Shown here: piece by piece, positions 49,301 through 64,000 of the stretch | How the letters are laid out: each line of letters opens with the position of its first letter | Position numbering within the stretch: the first letter of the stretch is position 1 | Assembly (NCBI GenBank): GCA_035221665.1 | Contig: CM069145.1 | Span: 32,612,001 to 32,676,000, forward strand | Source of the DNA: Okamejei kenojei | Lineage: Eukaryota | Direction: 5' to 3' | DNA: 64,000 nt | Translations under genes and position numbers: made by a program | Notes under the pieces: generated by a model | What the model was told of the DNA's origin: nothing | Database searches by the model: none | What the model saw: only the letters and a program-made list of their open reading frames with translations

Positions 49301-52300
49301 TTAAAATATTGTCACTCGTACTACCACATTAGTAATTTATTAGAAATACATATTGACTTTTTTAAATCTTTAAAATTACAGACAATACGTAGCCCAATAT
49401 CTTATTAGCTACCAGTGATTCTCTAAATAGTGGCTGGTGATAAATTATGAAACAATAATTTGAAAAATCTTGAGACTTTTATTAATTCATGAAAGGAAAT
49501 TGGTCTAAAAGTGATGTTTAAATTGAGTTAAATCTTAATAAAGACTACAAGGGTTTCTGCAGTGTGCTTTGATATTGTAATCCTGAGCACAGATGCTAAA
49601 TTTTACCTACCTGAAACTCATTATTAATTAATTCATTTTTAATATAGATTGGATTTAATCATTTGCAAAAAGTGGAAGTATCCCTATTGATGTTAATCTA
49701 TAATGCAGGTGGCTTGAATTTCACCAACCAGAGTTTAATCTGGCACTTTGTGCATCGCTAATCAAATCTTCAGTAACAGATGTGAAGAAGCTCAGTGTCA
49801 GTATGCACGTTGGAATCTTTAGTTTAATCAAATTACTCAGACGCAAGATAGGTCAACACTGATCATCGTGCTGGTGGAAATTTATATTTCTCAGGCCCGC
49901 CCATTCTCTTTGTCTCAATAACAACCGTGCTCTATGCTTTCGCACGTTAAAGCAGAAATTGTGATGGTACCTGAATAATTTAAGAGTAGTCTATGATGTT
50001 GTGTGAATCTGATCAATGTCACCAAGTGGGAAACGTGACCACAGCTGTGCTTGAAAAGTGTGTTCCCTACTTTGTTTTCTTGCTGTGTGTTGAAAAAACA
50101 ATACTTACCCTGTTCACTTCAGTCCTTCCTGACCTTGCTGCAGGCAGTAGTGTCACCAGCTGCACCAGTTAACATGGTCATCTTTTATTATTTTTTTTAA
50201 ATGGTTTGACAAGGATGAAGCACATTTCATATAAACTAACATTTCCCACAGGTGTAGCAGACCTTGTTTGTGTGCCTTGTACTGTTTGTTTATTTAGCTT
50301 TTGAAGCAATTGGACTCATTCAATCTGGCACCCAATACCTATCTATCTGATTCATCGCCTGCACGGCTCTGCCTATTTTCCTTCATTTCATTGACTTTTC
50401 AGGCAGTCAATTAAAGAAATAGATGAGAGGATTTTACTTCTCAATTTCTTCCTGTCTATCATGACCTTGTTTCTTTTTTTTTCAAACTTCCTTAGTCCAG
50501 TTTCAGTAAATAGTTACTGAGTGCTATGCCACCTGCTAAAGGTAGTTGAGAAATTAGCTTTTCCTGAAATTACCCTGACCAATGACCTTTACCAACCCAC
50601 CCTGGGTTTTGGAAGTCTGTTCCAGCTTTCTGTGTGGCCATTTTCACTGCTCAATTTCAATGCCGGTGCGTAGCCTTTTAATTATTACATGCAAGTTTAA
50701 TTCAATAAAGCTTCAACTGAGTCGAGAAACAGTTTATTTCTTTCACTGGCTTGTATAGGACACTGCTCTTTACTGAACAAGACTGTTAGCTACTTTCACC
50801 ACCAATCTTCTGATTTCTTTGTTCTGAAAGGAAAGACAAGATGAAGAAAAATCTGTGAAATCTGCACCACATACCACACAAGCTCCGATGTCAAAGGTCA
50901 CTTCTGGAAGCTCGGGATTAGGAAGAGGTAAAATTATATTTTTATCCTTAAGCTTTGATTTGTTGAGTTAATTAAGATTTTTTTTTTCATTGGGTCTGTG
51001 CAGCTAACAGGTGTTAGCCCTCAAGCATGGTCTCCCGGGCATGCAGTCTATACAGCAACTTGAGGGCGATATAATTCATTGTAGCCTTGAACGCATACAA
51101 ATTGGTCGGGAAGACAACTCTTGAAGTTTTTTTCTCCAAGGCCAGATGACATGGGAACTTGAAATCCATGTCAGAAATCAAAGGAAATTTTTAACTGTCA
51201 AAATGCAAACTTATCAACAACCACTTGACTCTTTTTTAAAGAAAAGAAGCTTTCTGTATCAGATTTCAATTCAGTCAGGTGGGAGGAACTGTGTCAGAAA
51301 TTTGCAATACAAAGCAGAAATTGAGAGTGCATCAAAAATATCAGATGTAACACAAACCAACCTTCATCTCACTTGTCACATCTGCTCTGTCTAATTTAAT
51401 TTTGAAACCAGAGAGGAGAAAAGGATCACAAACAATGTGTAGATGATAATATTTCAATTTTTTTAATCCTGTCAAGAAAATTAACAGCTGCACGTTGGGT
51501 TAAGTGCTCACTCCAAAGCTGATTTGTATGAAACATGATGTATGATACAATGAAAATAATATTTCAAAACCTAGATCGGCAGAGCCCAATACAATAATAT
51601 GCTTCCAACCTTCTCACCTGATTCCATTGTTGGGATTAGTACAGTGAATTTTCTGTGAAGGGATAGCTCTTAAGCTGCGTTGAAGATGTGAAGTACAACA
51701 ATAATGGTAGCAAAGAAAGGGTACTATGACATTAACTGTCTCATTATTTACAGACCTTAAGCCACCCTATTACTTTGACATAAGGTTATCAAGCATTGCC
51801 TCAGTGAGTCTGACTCTATTGCTTTCTGTTTACTTTTCAATCCAAAGGTATGATTGGTGGTTTTTGAAGTGTTGTTCTTTATTATAGTCTTTATTTGTGT
51901 CATGTGTGATGTGATTAAAAATTTGAGAGTGGAGAAATGAAAGTGGATATCTGGTGCTTGCATAATGCCAAGGCACGACAGGTTAAAATGTCATTTGTAT
52001 TTTATTCACATGAGAAATAAAGAAAGAAAACCATGTTTTTGAAATGAGTAGATACCCTAAAAGGTAAAGAAGCTTTGCTTCATCCCAGAAAATAAGGAAA
52101 TAATGCCACAGTGTAACTTGGGATCATTTTTATCCCCCCAGGTCTCAGAGTTTTGAAGCGGGAAGCGATGTTTTAATGATTACACCCTTTCATAACAACA
52201 TGAATAAACTAAAAATATTGGGACAATGGCAGTGCTGATGAATGAAGTTATTGGATACAGTATATGTTCCTGGTGAAAATGCTTCAGGCATTATATTTCA

Positions 52301-55300
52301 CTTCTGACTCTTTTTCATAAAAAAGCATTGTAGTGGATCCTGAAGCAATAATTTTATTAGCGCAAGTGAATTCAGCATGGTCACAACACAAGCATAAAGG
52401 ATTTTTATTAATTAAAAAAATAATAATAATTCAGCTTTATCACCTTTGTAAATAAAATCTACTTTTTTGACAGAAGTGATCTACTCCGTACAGCTCATTC
52501 CTGACCCCTCTCTGGCCGGTTCCAAATTGCCTCCATAACCATTTAACTTCCTGTGCAAGTAGTTTTTAATCTAGATTATTACTTTCATTTTATATCTCAA
52601 GTGGCATAAACTATAGGGACTTTTAGACTCTCTTGTGGATGCATGCATGTGTAGAGTAATGGTATTTGTAATGTACTGCTTAAAAAGTAAAGATCACATT
52701 GATGAGATGTACTCCACTGTGTGCCATGCCTATAAAACAAGGGACATTGAATCATCACAGCATTTATTAAATTTATTGCAAACTTATTTCAAATCATATC
52801 AAAATATGTTGAAGGCTATTTCAGTTGCAAGGAAGCCATTGTTACAATGGAGGTACTTTTACTGCTTGGTAAATAGACAATCCCATATGTTTCAGAATGG
52901 AGGTGGAAAAATGTCTGTGGCTAAATGACCTCACAGCTCAAGTTACAGGTTCTGCAGGTTATTAACTCCATAAATCTTTTCCATATCCCACTCTGAAACA
53001 ATTGGCACTCTGTTTTTACTCTTTATAATATTTATTGTATGCCCCCTTAAACAATATAATAAGCCATATGTTGGAAATATTTGAATAAACCACATTATAG
53101 ATAATAAAAGATGTGTGCTGCGCAGCACAAGCTGAGACCTTGCTGGAAATGATAGACTTGTTCAACATGCCGTTGACTCTTAGGAATGGGATCTCTTCAT
53201 ATTTGTCTTTCATTGAAAAATAATTGGGTAAAAGGCCATTGACTATATAGCCGGACACCACTGTGGTCAATTTGAGATGAACAGAAGATTAAATATAATG
53301 ATGGATACTTTCCTGAGCAGGGACTACATTTTTTAGTCATCTGTTTTTGACTTGCATTAGCATAAGTCGTTGATATACACGTGAGTGCTTGTGGTATTGT
53401 TGAGGGGATTGTTTTGTGGCATGGAGCAGGTGCAGCTTAAACCATACCATGTCACTCGCGAAGGAGCAGGATTAAGTGAGATATTATGGAACCTGCTAAT
53501 TTAACCCAGTAGTTTTAGAATTTGTTTTGCTGTTTTCAGTATTACCTCATTCGTTTCCCACATATGATGTGGCACTAGCAACATGGCACAGGAAAGTGTT
53601 AGGTAGCATATCCGGTTCAACTTCCACGCAATTAAAGAAAAAACACGTTGCTCTCCGACATGGGTTGTGTCAGCACACCTGTGACGATAATTAACCCATC
53701 CAAATTTGGACCATCATTCTGGAAGTATGATCAAAATAAGTTTAGTTGAAATAATGTTCCATAAAAGGTTGTTATGTAGCATTCAAGATTGCTTGTGCTC
53801 TGAAATTTGTTGTAATCATTTTGTGGCATGGATATAAAAGCACCTTTAAGCAACACTAAAAAGAAATGCACACACAGAGAAGAATGCTTCATTATGCCCA
53901 AACACATTCATAACTTTATTCAGCTGTATCTTGATGTTGCAGCACCCATGGGCTGCATGAAGCAGAAGATTCTGAATGCTGTAGCAGAGTGTTACATGAG
54001 CAGTGGATACAGCAAAGGCTATAGGACCAGACAACATCCTAGGGTCTCAAACCAAGCTGTTCCAATACAGTCACAAGACTGCCATTTGCCCCAAAATGTG
54101 GAAGGTTACTCAGAGGTAACACATTCACAAAGAGCAGAATAGATTCTGCTAAATCATTCTACTCTCAATGATCAGTTAATTCAGGAAAGCCTCATCATCA
54201 ACAGTGCTGCCAATTGCCACTTACTCACCAGTAATTTCCTCACTGATGCACAGTTTGGGTTTTTCCAGGACAATTCAGCTTCACACCAAATCACAGTGTT
54301 TGTCTAAGCGTAGGCCAAAGAGCAGAATTCAAGAACAGCAATAATATTAATTTCCTGAACATCAAAGCACCCTGCCAAAATGAAAGTCAAGGGGATATCA
54401 AAGGGGAAACATTCCAGTGGCTGGAGTCATAACAGGTGGTTGTAGATGTTGGAGGTTAATAATCCAGGCCTGAATAATCCTCAATATCACTGTAGGAGTT
54501 CCTCGAGTTATCGTCCACGGTCCAATTGTCTTCAGCAATTTCATCAATGACCTTCCTTCAGAGGAAGGGCATGTATTGATGGACCTTGCCTTACCACTGT
54601 ATGTGTCTGGCAAACATCCTGCATACAGGATGTCCTCAAGACTCATTCAGCCCCAGGATATCATCTTAAATCAGATATTTAAAGGCAAATGTAAAAATAC
54701 TTTTGTTTTTGGTGGAACTCTAATGAAGGGCACCATTATTTAGTACTATTGCTCGATCTTTTGCTCTTCTTACTTGTTCAATATGATCTCAGTAGGTGAA
54801 AGTGAGGAAAAGTGGTAGAACAACATTGAACATAAAAGAAGTACAACACAGACACAGGCCCTTTGCCCCACATGTCTGCCCTGATCATAATGTCAAATTA
54901 AACTAAATAATGTGCCTGCACGTGGTTTGTATCCTGTAGTATAACCCAGGCAGTAACTAGTCTTCCCTTTGCCATTGTACATAACACCATGGCCTCGTCA
55001 TGTAGAGTAATGGAGTCAAGGAGTCACAGGGAAACAGGCCACTCAAGCTCACCACATCCATGCTGACCAGTGAGCACCCACCTGTAATAATCCCATTTTC
55101 CAACACTTGTCTGATGGCTATCTATGTCCAAGCAATTCAAGTGCTCATCCAATTCAACAAAATAGGAGATGCAACAACTACCCTTTCACCCTTTTCCACC
55201 ATTCAGGGCCTAAATAAACCTTCTGGATGTGGCAGAATTTCATTGCACTTCTTCTGTGTACTCTTTTCATTGTCCTCTCCAGCAGAGAAAACAAACACAG

Positions 55301-57189
55301 ATTGGATGGTCGCTTTGTGGAGCACCTGCCTTCGAGCTACAGGAACAACCTGAGCCTCCTGTTGCTTGCCACTTTAATACTACCCCCCACCCTTTCCCAC
55401 TCTGGCTCTTCTGACGTGTTCAAAAGTGGTCCAATGAGAGACTAAAAAGCAGCATCTCATATTCCATGAAGCCACATTGCAACCTTATGAATTTAACATT
55501 GAATTGTACAACATAATGTAATCTACTCTATGTCAGAATGGACCATGTCAACTATCTGCATCTTAGTTTGACAGAGATGACTGAATATGTCCTTAATACA
55601 TTAGAACAGTACAGCACAACAAACAGGGTGGCGCCATCAGCAGCGGCTGCTCCACCAACAGTCTGTCTGTCCTTTCTTCTTTTTTGTTATTTTTCATATG
55701 TGTTAAAGACTAGGTTTAGTGTTCCTTGGTTTGTTTTATGTGGGGGAGGGGGGGGGTTATGTGGGAACCTTTTTTTCAATCTCTTACCTCGATGGAGATG
55801 CATTTACCGTCCATATTGTATCTCCATCCCTACTGCGGCCTAACATCGTGGTGTTGACAACCTTTCCTGGAGACCGAGCCGGCGCTCCAAGCCGCGGGAG
55901 TCTGCGGGACTTTAACATTGCGGAGCTTGCGATCCCTTTGCCAGGGATTAGTTCCAACCGCGGGGCCTGTGGACTTTGACATCGTGAAGTCTGAGGTCTC
56001 TGGTAAGAAGAGGCCGACTCGGGAGCTCCATGCCGCGGAGAGAGTTTCAACTGCCCCAACGCGGGAGTTTCGATCACCCCAACGGGTACCCAGATTGTCC
56101 GCCGCAGGGACTTTGATCGCCCTGACTGCGGAGGGTTTGACTGTCTCGACCTCGGGAGAACAAGAGGAAGAAGTTTGAATTTTATTGCCTGCCATCACAA
56201 TGAGGAATGTGGAATCCTCTGTGGTGGAGGTTTATGTTAACTTTTATTTGGTTGTGTGACTTTTCACTTAGCTTTTCACTTAGTATGGATGTATGGTAAC
56301 TCAAATTTCACTGTACCATAATTGGTACATGCGACAATAAAGTGATGCCAAGACTATCACTCATCTACCTGCACATTCTATCATTAATTTAAGCAACATT
56401 TATTTTCCTTGTGGATTCATAATTTCTAACTTTAGCCTTAAATTTTAGTTTGATCTTGACGGAAGGGTCCACTGTTCTCAGATGCTAGCACATGCCCAAA
56501 CTTACCTGGTCCACATGTAGAGATAGTATCTTGCTGACCAACAGTGATAAGGCTGCTGCAAGAACTCCAATCATTTACTGAGGAAGCCCTGCCTGCCCCA
56601 ATATTAGATTTAATAGCCTGCAAAGCTGTTTTCTGGCTTTGCCAGCTATCAAAACTGTGAAGTCTTAATAAACTTTAGAGATAAAGTGCAGAAACAGTCC
56701 CTTCGACCCATTGAGTACACACCGACTAGTGATCACTAGCGTACACCAATATTATCCTACATACTCTAGAGATAATTTTTACTGAAGCCAATTAATCTAC
56801 ACACCTGCACGTCTTTGGAATGTGGGACGAAACCCACGCGGTCACAGGGAGAATGTATAAACTCCGTACAGACAACACCCATAGTCAGGATTGAACCCGG
56901 GTCTCTGGCACTGTAACGCAGCAACTCAACTGCTGCACCACCCCTTTACTTTAAAAGTCTTTTAAATTAAATAATGAATGGGAAAAATGTAAACTAAATT
57001 TAACATACTTAAATTAAATGCATCTTTTAAAAACACGGAGCGGTACTTGACCTTGCTTTATTGCTTCAAAACACTGTGATCCACTTAGAAATTAATGGGG
57101 TCAAGGATTTTGCACGAGATCTGATCTGGGACAGGATCCAAGCATGAATATTCCTTCCACAAATGCTGGGATTTTCAACAAGGCATGTT

Positions 57190-57302
57190 GAAAACTGAAT
57201 AAAGAAAATAGACTATATTGCTGGTCTTTTCGTGAAGCCAAACTTATTGTTTGGCTTCACGAAAAGGCCAGCAATATAGTCTATTTTCTTTATTCAGTTT
57301 TC
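57190..57302. repeat. Near-perfect hairpin, 54-bp arms (twin of 7929-8041)
   Basis: Only one non-Watson-Crick position, which is a U-G wobble on the + strand RNA. Confidence 0.95.
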
Positions 57303-60022
57303 CAAGGCCAGCAGCTCAAGATTTTCTCACACCACGACTAAATTCGGTTTGAGAGATTTCACGCCCAAATTGTTCTGGTCAGTTGGCATCCATACTAAAT
57401 TATTATTATTTTTTGCTTCAGTGCAAATGGTGCAGCATATTTGGTTTATAGGATACTTAATGAAAACATTTCTGTGACAATGTCAATGCATTAACCTATG
57501 CCTTGTGACATGACCAGGTAATGGCCTTTGCTTAGTTGCTCACTGACTTCAATTAGCAGGAAATAGTAACAAGCAGTTTCTCACACACCACACGTCCGCA
57601 GCCAATCGTAATTTTCTTCTTGGTCCAAGGGGATAATAAAAATAGACACTAACAGATGTACCATATGCTTTAAATCATCATTTAATTAGGCAATAATAAT
57701 GGAACGACAAACCGTACACAGATTGGGGTTTTACCACCCCAGGGATTGTTTTGGCATAACGCAGCTGAGAGCTGAAGCAATTGCTGATGTGGCAGAAGCT
57801 CAGCTACACCTACTCTTGGTTGTTTATTATTGTCATTTGTTCACCAGGTTTCTTCATCATATCCTGACGCCATTTTAATGGAGTAAATTAATCAGAATTT
57901 AAGCTGTAAATTACAGCAGCCTTATCAAAGACTTCAACTAGGAACTTGTCACATCCTCAATGTACAGATAGAGTGTGCATTTAGTAATTATAAGGGTAGG
58001 CTCAGTGTCGCTACATTTTCTAATACTGACCCAACTAACAGGGTTCATTTTTAAGGCCACTATGGTTGAAGTCTATCTACAAATATTGACTTTTTTAATG
58101 CCATCCCTGGACAATAACTTTCCTTGGCATTTATGCTTCATCAGGAAGAATCAACCAATGTACCTACAACTCTTTACTAGTCAGTGACCTCTACTGAATC
58201 ATGCAGTTGGGTGGAATTGATGAAAGTAAGGTTAAATTAGCTGTAGATGCAGCCCCTTGCCTACCCTGCCCATTGCCACCAAATCTAAAATTATTCACAA
58301 AGACAACTTGTAGGGTCTCAGGTTGATATCTAATGTGGACAGTCCCACCACAAATGTCGTAGCACTCCCTCTGTCCATCTTTTTCCCAGTGATTTGGAGA
58401 TGAGAGTGTTAGCAATTAAGGCAATGCTCACATCTGTGGACTAATCATTCCCATAGTAAGCTACCCCAGCAAGAGTCAGACGGTAAGATATATATCTCAG
58501 AGATAGGAATTCCAGCCTAAGGAGGCTCTCTTTAACCTGGTTGGATGTAGAGTCTTTCAATTGTACCACTCGGAAGCTTGCCATACTGTGGGGTTGCAGG
58601 TGGCCTACACAATTTGTAGCAAAGGAAATATTTTTCCTTAAAATTTTACAGTCTTATCTTTTGGTATTGGCACACCCAGTTTTACTGGAGACACAAAGAA
58701 TTGCAGATTCTGGAATCTTGGATGGAAGATAAAATACTGGAGTAAGTCAGCAGGTCAGGAAGCATCTCTAGAGTACATGGAAAGGTGACATTTCTGTTCA
58801 GGACACGTCTTCAGGCTCGGCCTTTGGGCCTGGAACCTTCCTCACCCTCTTCTTCTGATTCTGAAGAAGGGTCCTGATGTGAAATGTCACCTGTCCATGT
58901 CCTCCAGAGATGCTGCCTGACCTGCTGAGTAACTCCAGCACTTTTGTTCTACATGATTTAACTGTCTGGAGACCCATAGTCTTCCTGCTCAGTGACTATT
59001 AAATGCCACAATCATTTAAATGAAGAATGTCCGTTTTCCACATGCATAGTTTATAAGTTCAAAAATTATCGGAGCAGAATCTGGCCTTTTGGCCCATCAA
59101 TTCTACTCCACTATTCAATCATGGTTGATCTATCTTTCCCTTTCAATACTTTGCACCTTTGCACCATTGCAATGATGGCTCAATTCTAACACAGCTCTAG
59201 GTCAAATAATTCTGGGTTCATCACTGCAGGAACCTCAATCTCAGATGCAGTCTAATGCAGTATTGAGATAATTCCACATTGTTGGAGGTACAGTTGTTTG
59301 AATTAGATGTTAAACATAGATATGTCTGCTCACTCAGATTAACCTGTAAAGGATCCCGTGGTCTAATTACCACTCAGTCAGTGTTACCAAATTGCACCAT
59401 TGCTGTTTGGAAGATATTGTGCAAGGAAACTGGCTACTTTGTGTTCAACATTACAACTACAGCTGAATTCCAAATAATACTTCATTAGCACTTTGGAATA
59501 TCCTGATGGTATAATAAGAGATGAATGAATTACATCGGTATAATATGGGAGAGGGCCGGTGCAGAAAATCACGCAGGAAACAAAATGGGACCAAGGGTAG
59601 GGTCCCTCAAAGCATTATTTGGAATAAAAGAAATTCAAGCAAACCACTCTTGCAGTAGGTGTAAAAGTAATTGTAAAAGTGTTTGTTTCTTTGTAATACT
59701 CATTGCTGTTGTTATAAACAAAGGACTACATTAAGCATTCTGAAATAATGGTGTACAGGTGTAATTCAATTAAAAAATATATATAACTGGCTGTCATTTT
59801 AGTTACTTATAATAAATAAATACTCGTACAAAAATGTTAGTGAGTTGTTGGGAATAAAAGTGGGCAACTGGTTACCAGATACCACCTAGTGGACACAAAG
59901 GAATATATTCACCTGCTGCCTGGCGCATGGGTAGGATGTGAGTACTTGTGAAGTGCATCACACTGAAGAATACTAACATTCGCAGAATTGCTTTGAACAG
60001 CTCATGTTTCATTTATGCACAG

Positions 60023-60216
60023 GTGCAAATCCTTCATCATTAACTGAGGCGGAGGGCCAAGAGGATGAAACCCTGCACAAAGCTTTCTTGGATGCCTTTC
60101 CCGCAAATGATGTTGTATTGAACAAGTATTCCGCTATGCTTTACATCTCCAGCAACGGCGGCGTCACCTACGAAGAAGTCAATGAAGCCACAGTGTGTTT
60201 GAACTGTGCAGAGAAG
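60023..60216 (+). CDS. Candidate internal coding exon of an unidentified protein
   Basis: Acceptor tttatgcacag|G; open frame ANPSSLTEAEGQEDETLHKAFLDAFPANDVVLNKYSAMLYISSNGGVTYEEVNEATVCLNCAEK; possible GC donor AAG|GCAAGC; more GC-rich and codon-like than flanks. I do not recognise the protein. Confidence 0.4.
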
Positions 60217-60813
60217 GCAAGCACGAAATTAATCAATTGTTATGTGTAGCAGTGGAATGATATTTTGTGCTGAAACAAATAATATATAATTGGGTATAAA
60301 GTTTGTCAACAGGTCAGAAACATAGAGCGAGGCAGGAGGATCTCTGGCATTTCTTTAAGACCCAGTTTTTTTTATACACCTTGCAGGCCCATCAAGCTGC
60401 CCTGACAAGAATTGACAACATAAGGCTGTGAAGCATTGGCTCTCTAAACTGCATTATTGAAGCAAGGAAGAAGTCACAGTTTATTTCACTTTGAAATAAT
60501 CCTTTCCTCTTCTTGTGGCTGGCATATGACCGACCTCAATACGTACTCTAGGGGAGGGCATGGTACAGAGCTGCACAGTCCAGGAAGTCCCAAGATTTCC
60601 TCTTCAGTCTTTGCTATTAATCAGCCTCAGTCAGCTGTATCTAAAGTAGGAAAAGGGAAAACTGGTCCGGTCTCATGGTCCTGATCGCTATCTTATTAAC
60701 CCTCCTGGTAACTCAGAACACAGAAGAGTACAGCAAAGGAACAAAAAGCTGGAGTAACTCAGCCAGACAGGCAGCATCTCTGGAGAGAAGGAATGGGTGA
60801 TGTTTCGTGTCGA

Positions 60814-60847
60814 GGTCTGAAGAAGGGCCTCGACCCGAAACGTCGCC
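60814..60847 (+). ncRNA. Minimal hammerhead ribozyme motif (twin of 11554-11587)
   Basis: ggtCTGAAGAagggcctcgacccGAAACGTCgcc, identical in both duplicated copies. Confidence 0.7.
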
Positions 60848-63800
60848 CATTCCTTCTCTCCAGACATGCTGCCTGTTACTCCATTTACTGAGTTACTCCA
60901 GCTTTTTGTGTCTATCTTCGATTTAAACTAGCATCTGCAGTTCCTTCCTACAAAACAAAGGAACAGGCGGTGACCAGAACTGTACACAATATTCCAAATT
61001 TGGCCTAATCAAAGTTCCGTAGAGCTGTAACATGAGAAAACCCATCTATATATTAGATGAGGACATGTTGGAGATCCATCTTTACTAAGATTTTACAGTT
61101 AAGTTGTACACTAAAGACAGTGCTTCAGCACACATCTGGAGGATGACTGCTTGGTTACAATACCAGAGAGCTGCTGAAACAAATCAAACAATAGGCATTA
61201 TTAAACATGACTTCATGTTTTCTTTTGGAAATAGGAAAGGCTAAGGTTGAGAAACGTGCAAGGGATGAAGGCTACTTGGGAAATAATCTGTCAGGATAAA
61301 GTCCTTGCTGGGGAGCAGGAAAAATAATTTTTAAAACGTTTTCTTCAAAGTGTACTTTAATGGTAAATGCCCAATTGTTCAGAAGTGAGAGTGGCACACT
61401 TAAAATAAGGAATAGTAGTTCAAATCATTGTCTCTGCAAAATATGTTTAATGACAACTAAAGAAGTCCCCATAATTATAAAACCAGAGGATGAAGATTTG
61501 ATATTCTCACACTACTTCACAAAAATAAGTGGTGAAATGATCCAGGAAGTTTATTGAAAATAAAATTTGACAAAAAAATTATTATTATTTTCAGTAAGAA
61601 AAGAATGACCAAAATGATAAGAAACCCTACAACATACAGACTTCTGATTTCATAGAAATATACCAGAAATAATTTTTTTGTGCATGTTTTCAGATGCCTT
61701 GCCCAACAACAGTGCCATTACCACTGAGTTAAATTTAGTATTGGTAAATCAATGGTCCAATTGAAGCCTGGAAACATTAAGGAAACTGGGAATATCTGAT
61801 AAGTCAGTCTGGAGAAAAGTGAAGGGTGGGTCATTCCATTCGACATGTACAGAGGTTCATTTCAGTTCAGATATACCTTCATTTCTTCTGTAAGGATATT
61901 AATTTGCTGACTAAATGTGTAGGAGGGAACTGCAGATGCTGGTTGAAACTGAAGATAGACACAAAATGCTGGAGTAACTCAGCTGGACAGGCAGCATCCC
62001 TGGAGAGAAGGAATGGGTGACGTTTCGTGTCAAAATCCTTCTTCAGACTGAAACTCATGGGAAAGGGAAACGAGAGATACAGACCATATCTATATCTCTT
62101 GTTTCACTTTCCCGTGACGTTCAGTCTGAAGAAAGGTCTCGACCCAAAATGTCACCCATTCCTTCTTTCCACGGATGCTGCCTGTCCCGATACTCCAGTA
62201 TTTTGTGTCTATCCTTAATTTGATGACTGGTCTCTACAAGTGTTATTGTTGACTTATGCTTGGTGCAGGCTGTTATTGGGCATCATTTGCTCTGTGTAAA
62301 GTATGTTGTTTACAGGGACCAAGATGTGTATTTTTCCTCACTGGAATATAACATGGATAAAAGTCATAAGATAACACATGGTGCAGCTTACATCACAGTC
62401 CCATTGAGCTATGCCACCCTGTGGCAGAATGTGGTAGGCTGAGATAATGCTATTGCCACATTAAAGCCCAAAGAACCCTAATAACGAATGGTCAGATTCA
62501 CAATAAGCAGAAGTGACCATCTAGACCTTGGTGGGAGATAGATTTGTTTTTTTTTTAGTTTAGAGATACTGCGTGAAAGTAAGCCCATCAGCCCACCGGG
62601 TCCGTGCTGACCAGCGATCCCCACACATTAACACCATCCTACACACACAGGGGACACTGTTTACATTTACCAAGCCAATTAGCCTACAAACGTCTTTGGA
62701 GTGCAGATAGATCTTCTTGGATGGGAAATCTCATGCTCTTTGAGATAGGCAAGAATCCTGCCCATCCTCATGGATCCTACCTTCTCAGGGAACACTACCA
62801 GAAAAGTAAAGGAGAAAAGTATATTTTTAATACTTAATTGTTTCCTGAATCTAAAGATGACATGGAATTCTATCTCCTGCTGGAAAAAGGGGGATAGGTA
62901 TTTTATCAAGTGGTATTGAGTTTGGACATCTTCACTTTTGTAGAGTTATTCTTAATCTGATATAAAGTGTTCTTCAGAAGAAGCGTTTTGGCCCGAAACG
63001 TTGCCTATTTCCTTCGCTCCATAGATGCTGCTTCACCCGCTGAGTTTCTCCAGCATTTCTGTCCACCTTCGATTTTCCAGCATCTGCAGTCCCTTCTTAA
63101 ACTGATATAAAGTGTAGCGGCTGGCAAAAGAAGGGAAGGTGAAGAAAATCTGGCAATCAGCTGTGGCAGCCACATAATGCTGCCTTTGGAGGGGCGAGCC
63201 TAAAGATGACAATTAAAGTCAGTAAAATTGTAATGCTCTAAAGAAATTACATGAAATTTTCATTGCCTCTGGGTTTTATTTAAAAAAATAGATATATTAT
63301 CTAATATATTGTTTGATACTGGCCCTGTACCTAATTTACCACGGTGCAATAAGGGTTATTGTTTTATGCTGTGTTGTGGTTTTTTGAAAGGTTCATTAGA
63401 CTATTTCAAATAGGTTGAAAAGCAAGCACTAATTAATGACAGTTTACTGCATTACTCTTAATGACTTAACTAAGAGATTTTCAATCTAAATAAATCTAGT
63501 GGTATTTAGATTATAATGATAAATGTTTTAGCTAATCACAACCCAATATTTTCCATTATTATAAGGATATCAGGAAGATCATTGTTTGTGCTTATGGGTC
63601 AGACAGTATGTTAATGTTTGTTAGATTTGACGTGGGGCAATTAAGACATAGCCTCGCTTGAGTACTTTTTTCAGCAAATTACATTTGATTTCATGCAACA
63701 TGGTCGCAAATTCTGCCTCAAGTACACTATGTTATCGCTTAATCTTATGGAGGAAGTGGTTAACTGAAAACACGAGGTTTAGTAGAATTGGAAAAGAAAC

Positions 63801-64000
63801 TTTGCCAGAGCGGACATGTATTAATCAGTGTCACAGGTGCTTATAATAGTCCAGCTAATTACTTCATTACTTCCCTCCACTCAACAGACCAGCTTGTTCA
63901 TACTGAACAGCATAAAGTTCCATTACCAGTGCTTACTGTGATGATTCTAACCAATCTGAGAAATCTCTGCAGGCCAGAACAAGTAGTTGCTTGTTTCTCA

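Larger units (their letters stand above)
49247..63469 (+). repeat. Copy B of the >=14.2 kb duplication (higher-quality copy)
   Basis: Colinear with 1-14222; repeats that are scrambled in copy A near the gap read cleanly here. Confidence 0.98.

Overview
AT-rich vertebrate genomic DNA, almost certainly from a cartilaginous fish. The skate/ray assignment is inferred from the repeat set: HE1/V-SINEs, CR1/HER1-type LINE tails, Deu-domain SINEs and abundant Penelope-like terminal fragments. I see no intact, recognisable host gene. The ORF track is almost entirely chance ORFs or transposon debris, with one coding-looking candidate exon at 60023-60216 (frameshifted twin at 10763-10956). Bases 1-14222 recur near-identically at 49247-63469. 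The first copy becomes indel-rich toward a 500-N gap, so this is most likely a haplotype or overlap false duplication. Notable structures: (1) many Penelope-like pseudo-LTR fragments, often as inverted pairs, carrying a minimal hammerhead-ribozyme motif (best at 11557-11584 and 60817-60844), plus a GIY-YIG remnant; (2) a dead, full-bordered IR/DR Tc1 transposon with a nested insertion; (3) two related TIR elements, one containing a minisatellite derived from the Penelope repeat; (4) an unnamed CpG-rich ~750-bp LINE-tailed retroposon family; (5) a near-perfect 113-nt hairpin and a ~132-bp inverted duplication; (6) repeat-free, motif-dense blocks that may be conserved enhancers. All family assignments are from pattern recognition, not database searches, and many repeat boundaries are approximate.
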